Origin: an uncultured candidate division Zixibacteria bacterium
GTDB taxonomy: Bacteria > Zixibacteria > MSB-5A5 > UBA10806 > 4484-95
Direction of reading: 5' to 3'
Length of the DNA: 64,000 nucleotides
Assembly: GCA_963668625.2 (NCBI GenBank)
Contig: CAXXKA010000010.1
Span: 320,001 to 384,000 of the forward strand
Of this stretch, positions 20,401 to 29,948 are shown one piece after another. The stretch's first letter is position 1. Every line of letters begins with the position of its first letter. The notes beneath the pieces are model-generated. The model did no database searches. It was not told the origin of the DNA and saw only the letters and a list, made by a program, of their open reading frames with translations. The position numbers and the translations under genes are program-made.

Positions 20401-21726
20401 TTACGACCCGACATGCATTTTTTTGATCATCACGGATGGCGCATTGAAACCGCCATAGAAATTCAGATCATCGCAAACCGCGCCGATGCCGTTAAATAGC
20501 TCATCGTTGGAGGCGGCCAGGGTAACGTTAGCCACCGGTTTGATCCTTTTGCCGTTTCTGATAAGCGTACCGTTGATTCCAGCGGAATAAGTGCCATTGA
20601 CCCCGTGAACTCCCCAGCCCTGGCAATGTTCTACCAGTAATCCTTTCTTGCACGATGCTATGACATCCTCGACCTTATCTTTTCCCGCCGCTATGTATAA
20701 ATTAGTGTTTCCGATCTCCGGGAAATTATTATAGGCGTAGCGAAGAGCCGAGCCGGTTGATTTCCTGCCGTACTTGACGGCCGTTTTGTAATCGAGCAGA
20801 CCGGTTCGCAAAATTCCATCTTCGATTATCATCGTCTTCTGCGAGGGCGTACCCTCGTCATCGAACGGCCTGCTGTTAACGCCGCGTTTCATCACGGCAT
20901 CATCAACCAGTGAGAACTTGGCGTCGGCGATTTTTTCGCCCTCTTTATCTGCTAAAAAGGATGAGCCCCGAAGCAGGTTATCGCCGTTTATAGCGTGCAT
21001 CATGCCCCAGAACAGAGAGTCCATGCCGCCGGGTGTAAATATTATCTCGTATTCGCCTGGTTCTACCGCCGTTCCGCCTATAAGCCTAACCGCTTTTCCG
21101 GCGATTATATCAACCATCTTGTCGGGCGTCGGTAAATCCTCGAAATATCTGGCGCTGAACTCACCCTCGCCGGGGAACATCTCCTCGCCTTTAGCCGAGG
21201 ATAGGTTCACTTTAACGGTGTAGGCCGTTCTATCCAAGCTAAGATCGACACCGTTGGTGTTGACCAGCTTCACGGTTGAAACCTTTTCTATATAGGTCAT
21301 GCCGTTTGCCTGTTTGATTAAAGGATCGTAGCTTAAAGCGGCGTTTTCCAGATCGACGAGATAATTAATTTTATCATCAGTGGATATGTCGACGAAACTC
21401 GGACCGAAAATATCCACATCATCGGTAATATCATGAGGCTCCGGCAGCGAGGCATATTCTTGTTTACTGGTCTTCTTAGAAAGCGATGATAATTTTGCTA
21501 TAGCCAGGTCAACTGCATTGTCGGATAAATCGGTGGTATGGGCGAAAGCGACTCGGTCTACCGAGAAAAACCTGATAGCCATTCCGCCGGGAGTTGATTT
21601 CGAGATAGCCTCGACCTTGCCTTTACGAACCGTGATCGTGAGCTTTTGTTGGTTTATACCGTAAACCTCGGCCATGCTTGCGCCGGCTCTTACACATTTA
21701 TTCAGAACTCTGTTTATATCATTCAT
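20401..21726 (-). CDS. TldE/PmbA family protein
   Basis: RPFDDEGTP, GRKSTGSA, no HExxxH motif; directly downstream of tldD. Confidence 0.85.
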   Translation of the reverse strand: MNDINRVLNKCVRAGASMAEVYGINQQKLTITVRKGKVEAISKSTPGGMAIRFFSVDRVAFAHTTDLSDNAVDLAIAKLSSLSKKTSKQEYASLPEPHDITDDVDIFGPSFVDISTDDKINYLVDLENAALSYDPLIKQANGMTYIEKVSTVKLVNTNGVDLSLDRTAYTVKVNLSSAKGEEMFPGEGEFSARYFEDLPTPDKMVDIIAGKAVRLIGGTAVEPGEYEIIFTPGGMDSLFWGMMHAINGDNLLRGSSFLADKEGEKIADAKFSLVDDAVMKRGVNSRPFDDEGTPSQKTMIIEDGILRTGLLDYKTAVKYGRKSTGSALRYAYNNFPEIGNTNLYIAAGKDKVEDVIASCKKGLLVEHCQGWGVHGVNGTYSAGINGTLIRNGKRIKPVANVTLAASNDELFNGIGAVCDDLNFYGGFNAPSVMIKKMHVGS

Positions 21727-21735
21727 AACGCTCTC

Positions 21736-23241
21736 CTATGCTGATCCGCCAATGAGAATACCATCCTTAACCCGTATCGTGGGAATACCGGCGGTTACCG
21801 GAACCCACTGACCTTTGCCGCAGATACCAACTCCCAGCTTGAGGTCATTCCCGACAGCGTCGATATTGGTTAGCACATCGATACCTCTGCCGATCAGAGT
21901 AGCTCCGGAAATGGGATAGGTAATCTCACCGTTTTCGATCATGTACGCCTCGCGGACTACGAAATTGAATTGCCCGGATATGGTATCGACCGAACCGCCT
22001 GAGAGGGTTTTTACGAAGATACCCTTCGGAGTATCGGCGAATATATCTTTGGGATCGATAGCGCCGGATTCCAGGAATGTATTAGTCATGCGGGGTATCG
22101 GGTAGTGACGGTATGATTCTCGTCTGCCGTTACCGGTTGGCTGTGCGTTTAGCATTTTAGCTGAAATTCTATCGTGCATATAGCCTTGCAAAACGCCTTT
22201 TTCGATCAGCACGTTGCGCTGTCCCGGCGTGCCTTCATCATCGAAACCGGTTGTGCCTCGTTTGTTGACCCAACTCGAATCATCAACTAAGTTAACCAGT
22301 GATGAGCCGACTTTTTGCCCGATCTTGCCCCGGTATATCGAGGAGTCCTGATATACGAGGTCGCCCTCGAGTCCGTGACCTACCGCCTCGTGTATGAGCA
22401 CCCCGCCCCAGCCGGAGTTCATGATAACCGGTATACTCCCCGATGGCGCGGGTCTGGCATCCAGCATGCTAACGGCCTCGGCGGCGGCATCTCTAGCGGC
22501 CTGTTTGATATCATTATCATCGAAAAACTCGAAACCCTGATTGCCGGAAACACGCATGCGGCCGGGGCAACGAACACCGTCCCGTTCGGCTAAAACATTG
22601 ATAACCACCCAGATCATCGGCATTTCGTTTTCTATTCTCAAGCCATACGAGTTAGCGATTTTACGTCGACGTGTCAGATCATCATAGGTGATATCGACCT
22701 GTTTGACATGCGGGCTGTACGATCGGGCGGCTTCATCGGCGATCATCAGCAGATCCATTTTTTGCTGCTCGGAGATCGAATCGATCGGTATCTTGACCTT
22801 GATAGTATCGGGCGCCTGTTCAACCTGCGGTTCGCCGACTTTAGTAGTCGTATTGCCGGAAGCGATATAGGTCGCCGTCTCGGCCGCCTCCAGGGCGCGA
22901 GCGAAATCGAAGCCATTAGCGTAAGCATAGCCGTTTCTGTCATGCTCGACTGTTCTGATGCCTACTCCGCCGGTAATACCGGCTATGCATTGGGTGAATT
23001 TACTCTCGGACATCCTGAACGACAGCGAGGAGATTTCCTCGATGAACACCTCGGAGAAATCTCCGCCACGGGTGAGCGCCGAGGACAACAACGAATTAAT
23101 CTCGGTTTCGTCGAAATCGGCTTTCATCGGAAGCGGCGAGCACCCCGTGTTGCCCAATATGCTTAACAACCACGGCGAACAAACGGCCGTTGCCGAGATT
23201 GCCGCGCCCCGTTTTATAAATTCTCTGCGATCTATTCCCAT
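21736..23241 (-). CDS. tldD: TldD family metalloprotease with twin-arginine signal
   Basis: HEAVGHGLEGD, FDDEGTP, PTGNGRRESY, PIPRMTNT, GICGK; N-terminus DRREFIK. Confidence 0.9.
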   Translation of the reverse strand: MGIDRREFIKRGAAISATAVCSPWLLSILGNTGCSPLPMKADFDETEINSLLSSALTRGGDFSEVFIEEISSLSFRMSESKFTQCIAGITGGVGIRTVEHDRNGYAYANGFDFARALEAAETATYIASGNTTTKVGEPQVEQAPDTIKVKIPIDSISEQQKMDLLMIADEAARSYSPHVKQVDITYDDLTRRRKIANSYGLRIENEMPMIWVVINVLAERDGVRCPGRMRVSGNQGFEFFDDNDIKQAARDAAAEAVSMLDARPAPSGSIPVIMNSGWGGVLIHEAVGHGLEGDLVYQDSSIYRGKIGQKVGSSLVNLVDDSSWVNKRGTTGFDDEGTPGQRNVLIEKGVLQGYMHDRISAKMLNAQPTGNGRRESYRHYPIPRMTNTFLESGAIDPKDIFADTPKGIFVKTLSGGSVDTISGQFNFVVREAYMIENGEITYPISGATLIGRGIDVLTNIDAVGNDLKLGVGICGKGQWVPVTAGIPTIRVKDGILIGGSA

Positions 23242-23321
23242 AAAATCTCCTTAGTTTGCCGATAATATTATAACAAACTATCCACCGGATATTATGTCAA
23301 TGATTATTTGATAGATAAATC

Positions 23322-23507
23322 CACTGCTGTCCGGCCTTTCCATCTCGTTGCGATGCGCTGCTTGGCAACCAGGGAACTAAGCCTAACAACGGCAGGACAT
23401 GTCAGGATACATGATACGCTGAATACAATATTTATATCGGTAAATGCCTTTCACTAACAATTCCAAGGAGAATTTTATAACTTACCGAAAAACACCGGAC
23501 ACTAGTG
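23322..23507. mobile_element. MITE family A, diverged short copy (186 bp)
   Basis: TIRs CACTGCTGTCCGG/CCGGACACTAGTG; 9-bp TSD AGATAAATC at 23313-23321 and 23508-23516; 69-bp internal deletion. Confidence 0.92.
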
Positions 23508-23926
23508 AGATAAATCATAATGATAACTATAGGATTTTAGTGGCAGGAAAGAACAGGCTGTGCCATAAGTTGACAGATTGCCGCATTCCTTTCAGTCGCT
23601 CGCAATGAGAGCCATAATAAGCGGTTGAGAGCTAACAAATAAACGTTCCCCTCTGATTTCGTTCAGTTCTGTATTTGGGTAAAATATAATCTTTTGGCAT
23701 AACCCGGGGATTCCGACCACCGCAGCAAAACTTATCCACCAACCACGTAGTATTATCTATCCAAGTGGGGGGATATTCCTGTTCCTGATTTTATTGGCGG
23801 TTATGGTATGTCCTCATATTCCAACATTTACGCCTGCTATCATTCTCTCTTTTTAATTGACAATAAGGTTAAGCATCTTCATATTATTATACATATCAGG
23901 CAGTTGAATATAGCCGGGAGGGGATC

Positions 23927-26212
23927 ATCGATAAAACATATTTCAAATTCAGATCGGACCTTGATATCTCCCAACAGGAGGCCTCCGGTAAAACCGTATA
24001 CGTAATTCAGGATAGAGGCACGGGCAAGTTTTTTCGGCTGAAAGAGATGGAGTATTTCATAGCATCCCGGCTGGATGGCTCTACATCTTACGAGCAGATC
24101 GCAGTAGTTTTTAACGAGCAATTCGGGGCTAAAGTTACCGCCGAGACCATCGAAAAATTTGCGTCTCAGCTCAGCGTCTCGGGTCTCGTGGAAAAGCCTG
24201 GGCAGGAGAGCAAGCCTGCCTCCACCGGCAAAAGGAAATCTCTATTCGGAAAACTTCTGTTTATTAAAATAAAAGCATTAAATCCCGAAAATTTCGTGGA
24301 ATCGACTCATAACATCGCTCGTCTGTTTTATACCCGTACCGCTATGTTCGTTTATACCGTGATGATGATACTGGCAACCGGAATTACTATCGCCAACTAC
24401 GGTGATATGACTTTCCAATTATACTCGTTTTTTCGTCCCGAGATAATTCCGCTTGCCTGGGTAACTATATTTTTCGTAACGGTGATACACGAGTTTTCTC
24501 ATACTTATAGCTGTCGTATGCATGGCGGCCGGGTCAGGGATATGGGATTTCTGCTACTTTATTTCCAACCATGTTTTTATACCAATGTTTCCGAGGCTTA
24601 CATGTTTCCCGAACGAAGTAAACGTATTGCCGTTACCGTTTCCGGTATTATCAGCCAGTTAGTTATCTGGGCGGCGGCCACTTTAGTATGGCGGCTAACC
24701 TCGATGGATAACATAGTCAATACCGTGGCTTTCATCATTATCGCTCTGTCATTCGTGGGGATAACGTTCAACCTCAATCCGCTTCTCAAACTGGATGGTT
24801 ACTATTTCCTGGTGGACTACTGGGAAATTCCCAATCTCAGGCAGAAAGCTTTTAACTATCTCAGGCAGAAAATAATTGGTCTGGATAGGGGAGAGGATCG
24901 TCAGGAGGTAAGCGACCGGGAAAGTAAAATATTTATCTGGTATGGAATCGCGGCAGTGATATATTCGGGGGCTATAATAACATATATCGCATTCAAAGCA
25001 GGCCATTTTTTAAATGATAGATTCGGCAGTTTTGGGGTGGTAATATTGCTGCTTTTTGTATTATATTTAGTTTTCGATGCATTGAGGAAGGGAAGAGTGT
25101 TCAGTATTGCGTATAATCAACGAGGTGCGATTTTGAAGCCGAGCCGGTTAATTACTTTCAGCATAACTCTTATCGTTATAGTCTTGGCCCTGATATTCGT
25201 CCGTTTTCCCCTTAGGTTGGCCAACGATTGTGAAGTCCAGCCATTGGAACAGGTAAGCCTTCGCTCCACCTCGACCGGCTTCGCCGAGCTGATAATCGAA
25301 CGGGCCAACGAGGAACGCGTGCTGAAACAGTATCAGCTGGTGGGCCAGGATTATGGCGTGCTGTCGATCATTCCCGCGCTCAAGGTCGGGGATTATATCA
25401 AGCCGGGCGATTTAATAGCCGGCATCGAATCGAACGTATACGAGTCCGAGAAGAAGGAACGTTTCGCCAATCTCGAGCAGGCCCGTAATCAGCTTGATCT
25501 ACTGGAAAAGGGAGCGCAACCCGAGGAGATAAACCAAACCGAGGATATCATAAACCAGGTCAGGTCGAAATATCAGCAATCTATTCAGGAATTAAACAGG
25601 GCGGAAAGCCTGTTTGTCATGGGCGGGATATCGAAACAAGAGTTGGAGGATAGCAAGACCGATAACCAGGTTTTGAAATCGGAGCTAGATTTTTACAAGA
25701 ACCAGTTGACTTTGCTCAAACGCGGCGCCCGTCCCGAGGAGTTGGCCATGGCTCGCGCCCAGGTAGATCAGTTAGGGGCGAAATTAAGACATCTGGAAAG
25801 CCAGATGGAGCAGGCGGTAATCGAATCACCGATATCTGGAATAGTGACCCGGGTCAATAAAGGCAATATGATTATCTCGATTGCCAGAACCGATACGGTG
25901 AAAGTTAAAATCATGGTTCCGGAAAAAGAAATTTCGGTGGTTTCCATCGGGAACGGCGTTAAAATGAAAGCTCGTTCTTATCCGGGGCTTACATACTCGG
26001 GTGTAGTGAAAAAGATCGAGCCGATAGCGATAGAGGATGAGAGGGGCCGTTCGATCATTACGGTCTCGGCTCTGGTGGATAACCCGGAGGGCCTGCTGGT
26101 TGCGGGTATGACAGGTAAGGCGAAAATAAACTGCGGCAATTGGCCGCTTTATAAAATCCTGCTCTGGCGCGCGGTCCGATATCTGCGAGTAGAGTTCTGG
26201 TCATGGTGGTAA
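23927..26212 (+). CDS. PqqD/RRE-like + M50 (site-2) metalloprotease + HlyD-type membrane fusion protein
   Basis: HEFSH and NLNPLLKLDG M50 motifs; coiled coil plus IESPISGIV hairpin; frame open upstream of ATG 24047 (FRSDLDISQQEASGKTVYVIQDRGTGKFFRL). Start at ATC 23927 is inferred. Confidence 0.8.
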   Translation: MDKTYFKFRSDLDISQQEASGKTVYVIQDRGTGKFFRLKEMEYFIASRLDGSTSYEQIAVVFNEQFGAKVTAETIEKFASQLSVSGLVEKPGQESKPASTGKRKSLFGKLLFIKIKALNPENFVESTHNIARLFYTRTAMFVYTVMMILATGITIANYGDMTFQLYSFFRPEIIPLAWVTIFFVTVIHEFSHTYSCRMHGGRVRDMGFLLLYFQPCFYTNVSEAYMFPERSKRIAVTVSGIISQLVIWAAATLVWRLTSMDNIVNTVAFIIIALSFVGITFNLNPLLKLDGYYFLVDYWEIPNLRQKAFNYLRQKIIGLDRGEDRQEVSDRESKIFIWYGIAAVIYSGAIITYIAFKAGHFLNDRFGSFGVVILLLFVLYLVFDALRKGRVFSIAYNQRGAILKPSRLITFSITLIVIVLALIFVRFPLRLANDCEVQPLEQVSLRSTSTGFAELIIERANEERVLKQYQLVGQDYGVLSIIPALKVGDYIKPGDLIAGIESNVYESEKKERFANLEQARNQLDLLEKGAQPEEINQTEDIINQVRSKYQQSIQELNRAESLFVMGGISKQELEDSKTDNQVLKSELDFYKNQLTLLKRGARPEELAMARAQVDQLGAKLRHLESQMEQAVIESPISGIVTRVNKGNMIISIARTDTVKVKIMVPEKEISVVSIGNGVKMKARSYPGLTYSGVVKKIEPIAIEDERGRSIITVSALVDNPEGLLVAGMTGKAKINCGNWPLYKILLWRAVRYLRVEFWSWW

Positions 26213-26251
26213 AAATCGCAACCTTCGGATGAAAGATTCGTACTATTTTTT

Positions 26252-27151
26252 ATGCAAAAGATCAGCATCAGGAAATGCCGCTACAAAGACTTGATCCCCG
26301 GTTGTATTTTAATGCAGTCCGCGGTTAATAATCTCAGACGACAAACAGGTAAACAACCGGAACGCTGGAAGCCCGGTCGGGTGCCACCTCCATTGGTTGC
26401 CGGTGTTTTCAAAACCGATAGAGATACGATGTATTGTGCCTGGAAGAACGGCAAAATCGTCGGTTTCGCCGGCGCGTATGTGAGGGGCAAGCAATGGTAT
26501 TTGTGCTGGTTATTCGTTAAACCGAATTTGCAGGATAAGGGCGTGGGCCGGAAACTTCTGGAGAGAGTTTGGCGCGAATCGAAAGGCATGACTCATTCAC
26601 TGTGCACGTTCGCGTATAATCCGCAGGCCGTCGGTTTGTATAGCAGGTTCGGTATGGCGCCGCTGTGCGATCTCCCTCAGCTAAAAGCCGAAAAAAGCGC
26701 ATTGATACTTCCCGAAAAATCCAAACTCGAGATAAAACAAAACGCCGGCCCGGGCGATCTTCGCTGGATACACGGGCTGGAAAAGAAAATTCGAGGTTAC
26801 TCTCATCCCCAGCACTGGGATATATGGCGAAAGCAGGAAACCAATAATATCTGTATCGCCAAAAAACGTGGTAAAAGAATCGGTTATTTCATGATCATCA
26901 ATAACGCCTGGATAGCCCCGCTGGGAGTCACCGATAAAAGGTATATCATTGATGTCATGACCGAGGCGTTGCTGTTAATCGAGCCCAAGAAAGATCACAA
27001 AATTAGCGTATGGTGCCCTACCTTGAACCTGGAACTTTACACTTACTTGATCAGAATAGGTTTCAGGGTTGGTGAATACGATATATATATGTCGGATAAG
27101 CCATATCTCGATTGGAATAGATACGTCCCGGCTACGCTGGCTGTGATATAG
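26252..27151 (+). CDS. Two-domain GNAT family N-acetyltransferase
   Basis: LFVKPNLQDKGVGRKLL, NPQAVGLYSRFGM. Confidence 0.85.
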   Translation: MQKISIRKCRYKDLIPGCILMQSAVNNLRRQTGKQPERWKPGRVPPPLVAGVFKTDRDTMYCAWKNGKIVGFAGAYVRGKQWYLCWLFVKPNLQDKGVGRKLLERVWRESKGMTHSLCTFAYNPQAVGLYSRFGMAPLCDLPQLKAEKSALILPEKSKLEIKQNAGPGDLRWIHGLEKKIRGYSHPQHWDIWRKQETNNICIAKKRGKRIGYFMIINNAWIAPLGVTDKRYIIDVMTEALLLIEPKKDHKISVWCPTLNLELYTYLIRIGFRVGEYDIYMSDKPYLDWNRYVPATLAVI

Positions 27152-27197
27152 AATCAAACCCGGTTTCAACCCTGAATTAATATAATTTGAAGGAAAT

Positions 27198-28103
27198 TTG
27201 GTTATGCCCATAATAAGTTATCGCAAATGTCGGATAAAAGATCTGGTACCGGCGCGAAGGTTGATATTAAGAACGCTAAACGCGTTGATTACCTCCACCG
27301 GGAAGGAGCCTCTCGACTGGGTTATCAGAAGGGAACCGCCGGCGCTTATGGTGAGTATGTTGAAAAATAATCCTAATGGATTTTACTGCGCCTGGAAAGG
27401 CGAGAAACTAATAGGTTTTGCCGGTTCGTATCTGAACGGCAAGCAATGGTATCTCGGCTGGTTATTTGTCGACCACCGCGTGCAGGCTAAAGGGGTAGGC
27501 AGGAAACTTCTGGAGAAAGTATGGATCGAGGGTAAAGGTATTACTCATTCTCTTACCACGATGGCTTATAATCCACAAGCCGTCGGACTTTACAGCAAGT
27601 TCGGGATGGCTCCATCGTGTGATCTGCCCATGATGCACCTGAAGAAATCAAATTTCAGTGAGCTGGAGCCGACCGGTTTGACTATCGTTGAGGATTATAC
27701 TAAAGCCGATACCAATTGGATTAATCAAACCGAAAAAAAGATACGCGGGTATGCTCATCCCAGACATTGGGATGTCTGGTTGAGCGATTACCCGTTCAAG
27801 TTATACATAGCTAAAAACCGGGGGCAAAGAGTCGGTTATTTTTTAATTACCGACCAGGGATTTATCACACCGCTCGGCGTTAGCTCCCCGAAATACATGA
27901 ATGATGTTTTAACCGAGGCGGTGCGAAAAGCCATGGCCGTGGATGGCAAGGGTGTTTTCGTGTGGTGCCCGACATTCAATATCAGCAGCTATTTATATCT
28001 GATTCAACTCGGTTTCAGGATATTGGAGATGGAGATTTTCATGTCGGATGAGCCTTATCCCGACTGGCAGAGGTATATCCCCTCCAACCTGGCGATATTT
28101 TAA
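27198..28103 (+). CDS. Two-domain GNAT family N-acetyltransferase, tandem paralog
   Basis: LFVDHRVQAKGVGRKLL, NPQAVGLYSKFGM; colinear with the upstream gene. Confidence 0.85.
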   Translation: MVMPIISYRKCRIKDLVPARRLILRTLNALITSTGKEPLDWVIRREPPALMVSMLKNNPNGFYCAWKGEKLIGFAGSYLNGKQWYLGWLFVDHRVQAKGVGRKLLEKVWIEGKGITHSLTTMAYNPQAVGLYSKFGMAPSCDLPMMHLKKSNFSELEPTGLTIVEDYTKADTNWINQTEKKIRGYAHPRHWDVWLSDYPFKLYIAKNRGQRVGYFLITDQGFITPLGVSSPKYMNDVLTEAVRKAMAVDGKGVFVWCPTFNISSYLYLIQLGFRILEMEIFMSDEPYPDWQRYIPSNLAIF

Positions 28104-28105
28104 GC

Positions 28106-29680
28106 TCATTCGATTTTGAATATTTTGAATTTCGTTCCGTCAATATCATCCAGATATTTAAATCGCTTGTCACTGAATGATAGATCGTAGATAGATTCCA
28201 ACGCCACCCTGGGTGCGGGCAGCAGAAGATAATTCGCCTCGTATTTAGCGGCTATTTTATGGATAGTATCGATATCATCGTTAGGTATTTGCACCGATCT
28301 ATAACCGGTGGAGTATGTCAGCTCCCAGGGTGCGCGGGTCATTACGATAATCTCTCCGGCGCTGTTATTGTCTTTTTCGATTATTCGCTTGAATTCGGCG
28401 AGCCAGGCGGCTCGATACCTGTGGGCTTCTATCAATTCATTGGAATTACTAATGCAGGATATAGCGCCAATTGCCAATACTACGATGATTATCGATCTTG
28501 AGAGTACCTTGTTTTTTATTAACACGAATATCGCGTTTACTCCGAATACGATTATGAACGGAATCAACGATATCGCGCTTCTAAGATAACTGCCCTGCTC
28601 GGAAACAACCGTAACCGCCAGGGAATGAAATAAAAGCAGGAGCGATCCGAAAAAGATTAGTGGAATTATATTTCGTTCGTTATCATTTTTATATGACAGA
28701 TAAAACGGATATAAGATACCGGCAGCCGCGAAAGGCAGAAGGCTCAGGTTAAGCGATCTGAAAGTGAGATAAGTATTGTATACGACCATTTTAAACTTCG
28801 AAAAGAATATTTGCGCATAACCCATTTCCAGATAATTGCCAAAAGTCAGTTTATCGGGCAATGAGTATAAATCCTCATAGCTTTTCAAAAAGAGGGTTTG
28901 GAATGATACCGAAACGAACGGCGTACCGAATTGCCGAAGATTCGAAATCAACAAAGGCGATAATGTAACGAAATATGCTATAATCGATAATGTTAGTAAC
29001 AGCGCTTTCGATTTAAAGTTATTGCGGGAGATTAGTATAGTCAGTACAACGATCATCATTAGCAGTACGCCATCCTGACGGGTGAACTGAGCCAATCCGG
29101 CCATAACGGCCGCCAACAAGTAGAGCTTTTTGTTAGTTGATGATTTAACTAAAGCCAGCAGCCCGATAGCGATGAACACGGAGTAATAAATGGTCGAATC
29201 GGTAAGCAGGGAGTATTTGAATACACCCGGTACGAAAAGGCAGATTATCGCAGCGTATGATGCCGCCGGTACGCGCTTGAAAAACGTGATCCCGATTTGA
29301 TACGTGATTAGTGACAGCAGTATACCGAAAAGAATCGAGGGGATGATTGCCGTAAGCAGGCTTTTCCCGCCGACGATCAGAAACGCGCTGATAATAATCG
29401 AGGTGAACGGTTGCCAGTAGTCGTTGGCAGGATGGGTTAATTCCGGGTGTTCGTACAGAAAATGCCAGATATAATCGATTACGAATCCCCGTCCATCGGC
29501 GATATTTTCCGCCAGATGCATATAGTAGGACATATCGCCATGTCCTGGGTGCTCGAGGTTTACCGCATAGAATAGTCGTACCGCAACAGCTAAAACGATA
29601 AATACCGAGATAAATGAAACTCTGCGTTTCGGTGATTCGAGCATTTGCTCGAATTTATCCAATGACTTGCTCGAATTCAT
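28106..29680 (-). CDS. ArnT/GT39-like membrane glycosyltransferase
   Basis: GDMSYYMHLAENIADGRG, YWQPFTS, LAQFTRQDG; many TM segments. Confidence 0.7.
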   Translation of the reverse strand: MNSSKSLDKFEQMLESPKRRVSFISVFIVLAVAVRLFYAVNLEHPGHGDMSYYMHLAENIADGRGFVIDYIWHFLYEHPELTHPANDYWQPFTSIIISAFLIVGGKSLLTAIIPSILFGILLSLITYQIGITFFKRVPAASYAAIICLFVPGVFKYSLLTDSTIYYSVFIAIGLLALVKSSTNKKLYLLAAVMAGLAQFTRQDGVLLMMIVVLTILISRNNFKSKALLLTLSIIAYFVTLSPLLISNLRQFGTPFVSVSFQTLFLKSYEDLYSLPDKLTFGNYLEMGYAQIFFSKFKMVVYNTYLTFRSLNLSLLPFAAAGILYPFYLSYKNDNERNIIPLIFFGSLLLLFHSLAVTVVSEQGSYLRSAISLIPFIIVFGVNAIFVLIKNKVLSRSIIIVVLAIGAISCISNSNELIEAHRYRAAWLAEFKRIIEKDNNSAGEIIVMTRAPWELTYSTGYRSVQIPNDDIDTIHKIAAKYEANYLLLPAPRVALESIYDLSFSDKRFKYLDDIDGTKFKIFKIE

Positions 29681-29948
29681 ATTAGCACCATAATTAGCTG
29701 TAAAGTATGTACGGGTAGCTATTTATGCAACTTATTATTTAATATATATCGACCATCCGCTTTAATAGCAATCACGTTGATATCGCCCGAAACATCAAAT
29801 TTCCCTTTATTTTATGATAAATTTTCGTATAATTATATCCAGAAGGCAGCTTCTGTTAGAGCGCCCCTTAATCTTTAGAGGGATTTTTACTAAAACTTAT
29901 CATTATTAATAAACGATTGATACGGTAATCAATCAAAGGGAGGAAGTA

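Noticed and set aside
23508-23915. Possible RiPP precursor peptide between tldD and the M50 fusion
   Set aside because: No short ORF with an RBS and leader-like composition found; ORF 23808..24005 overlaps the probable true 5' end of the fusion gene in another frame
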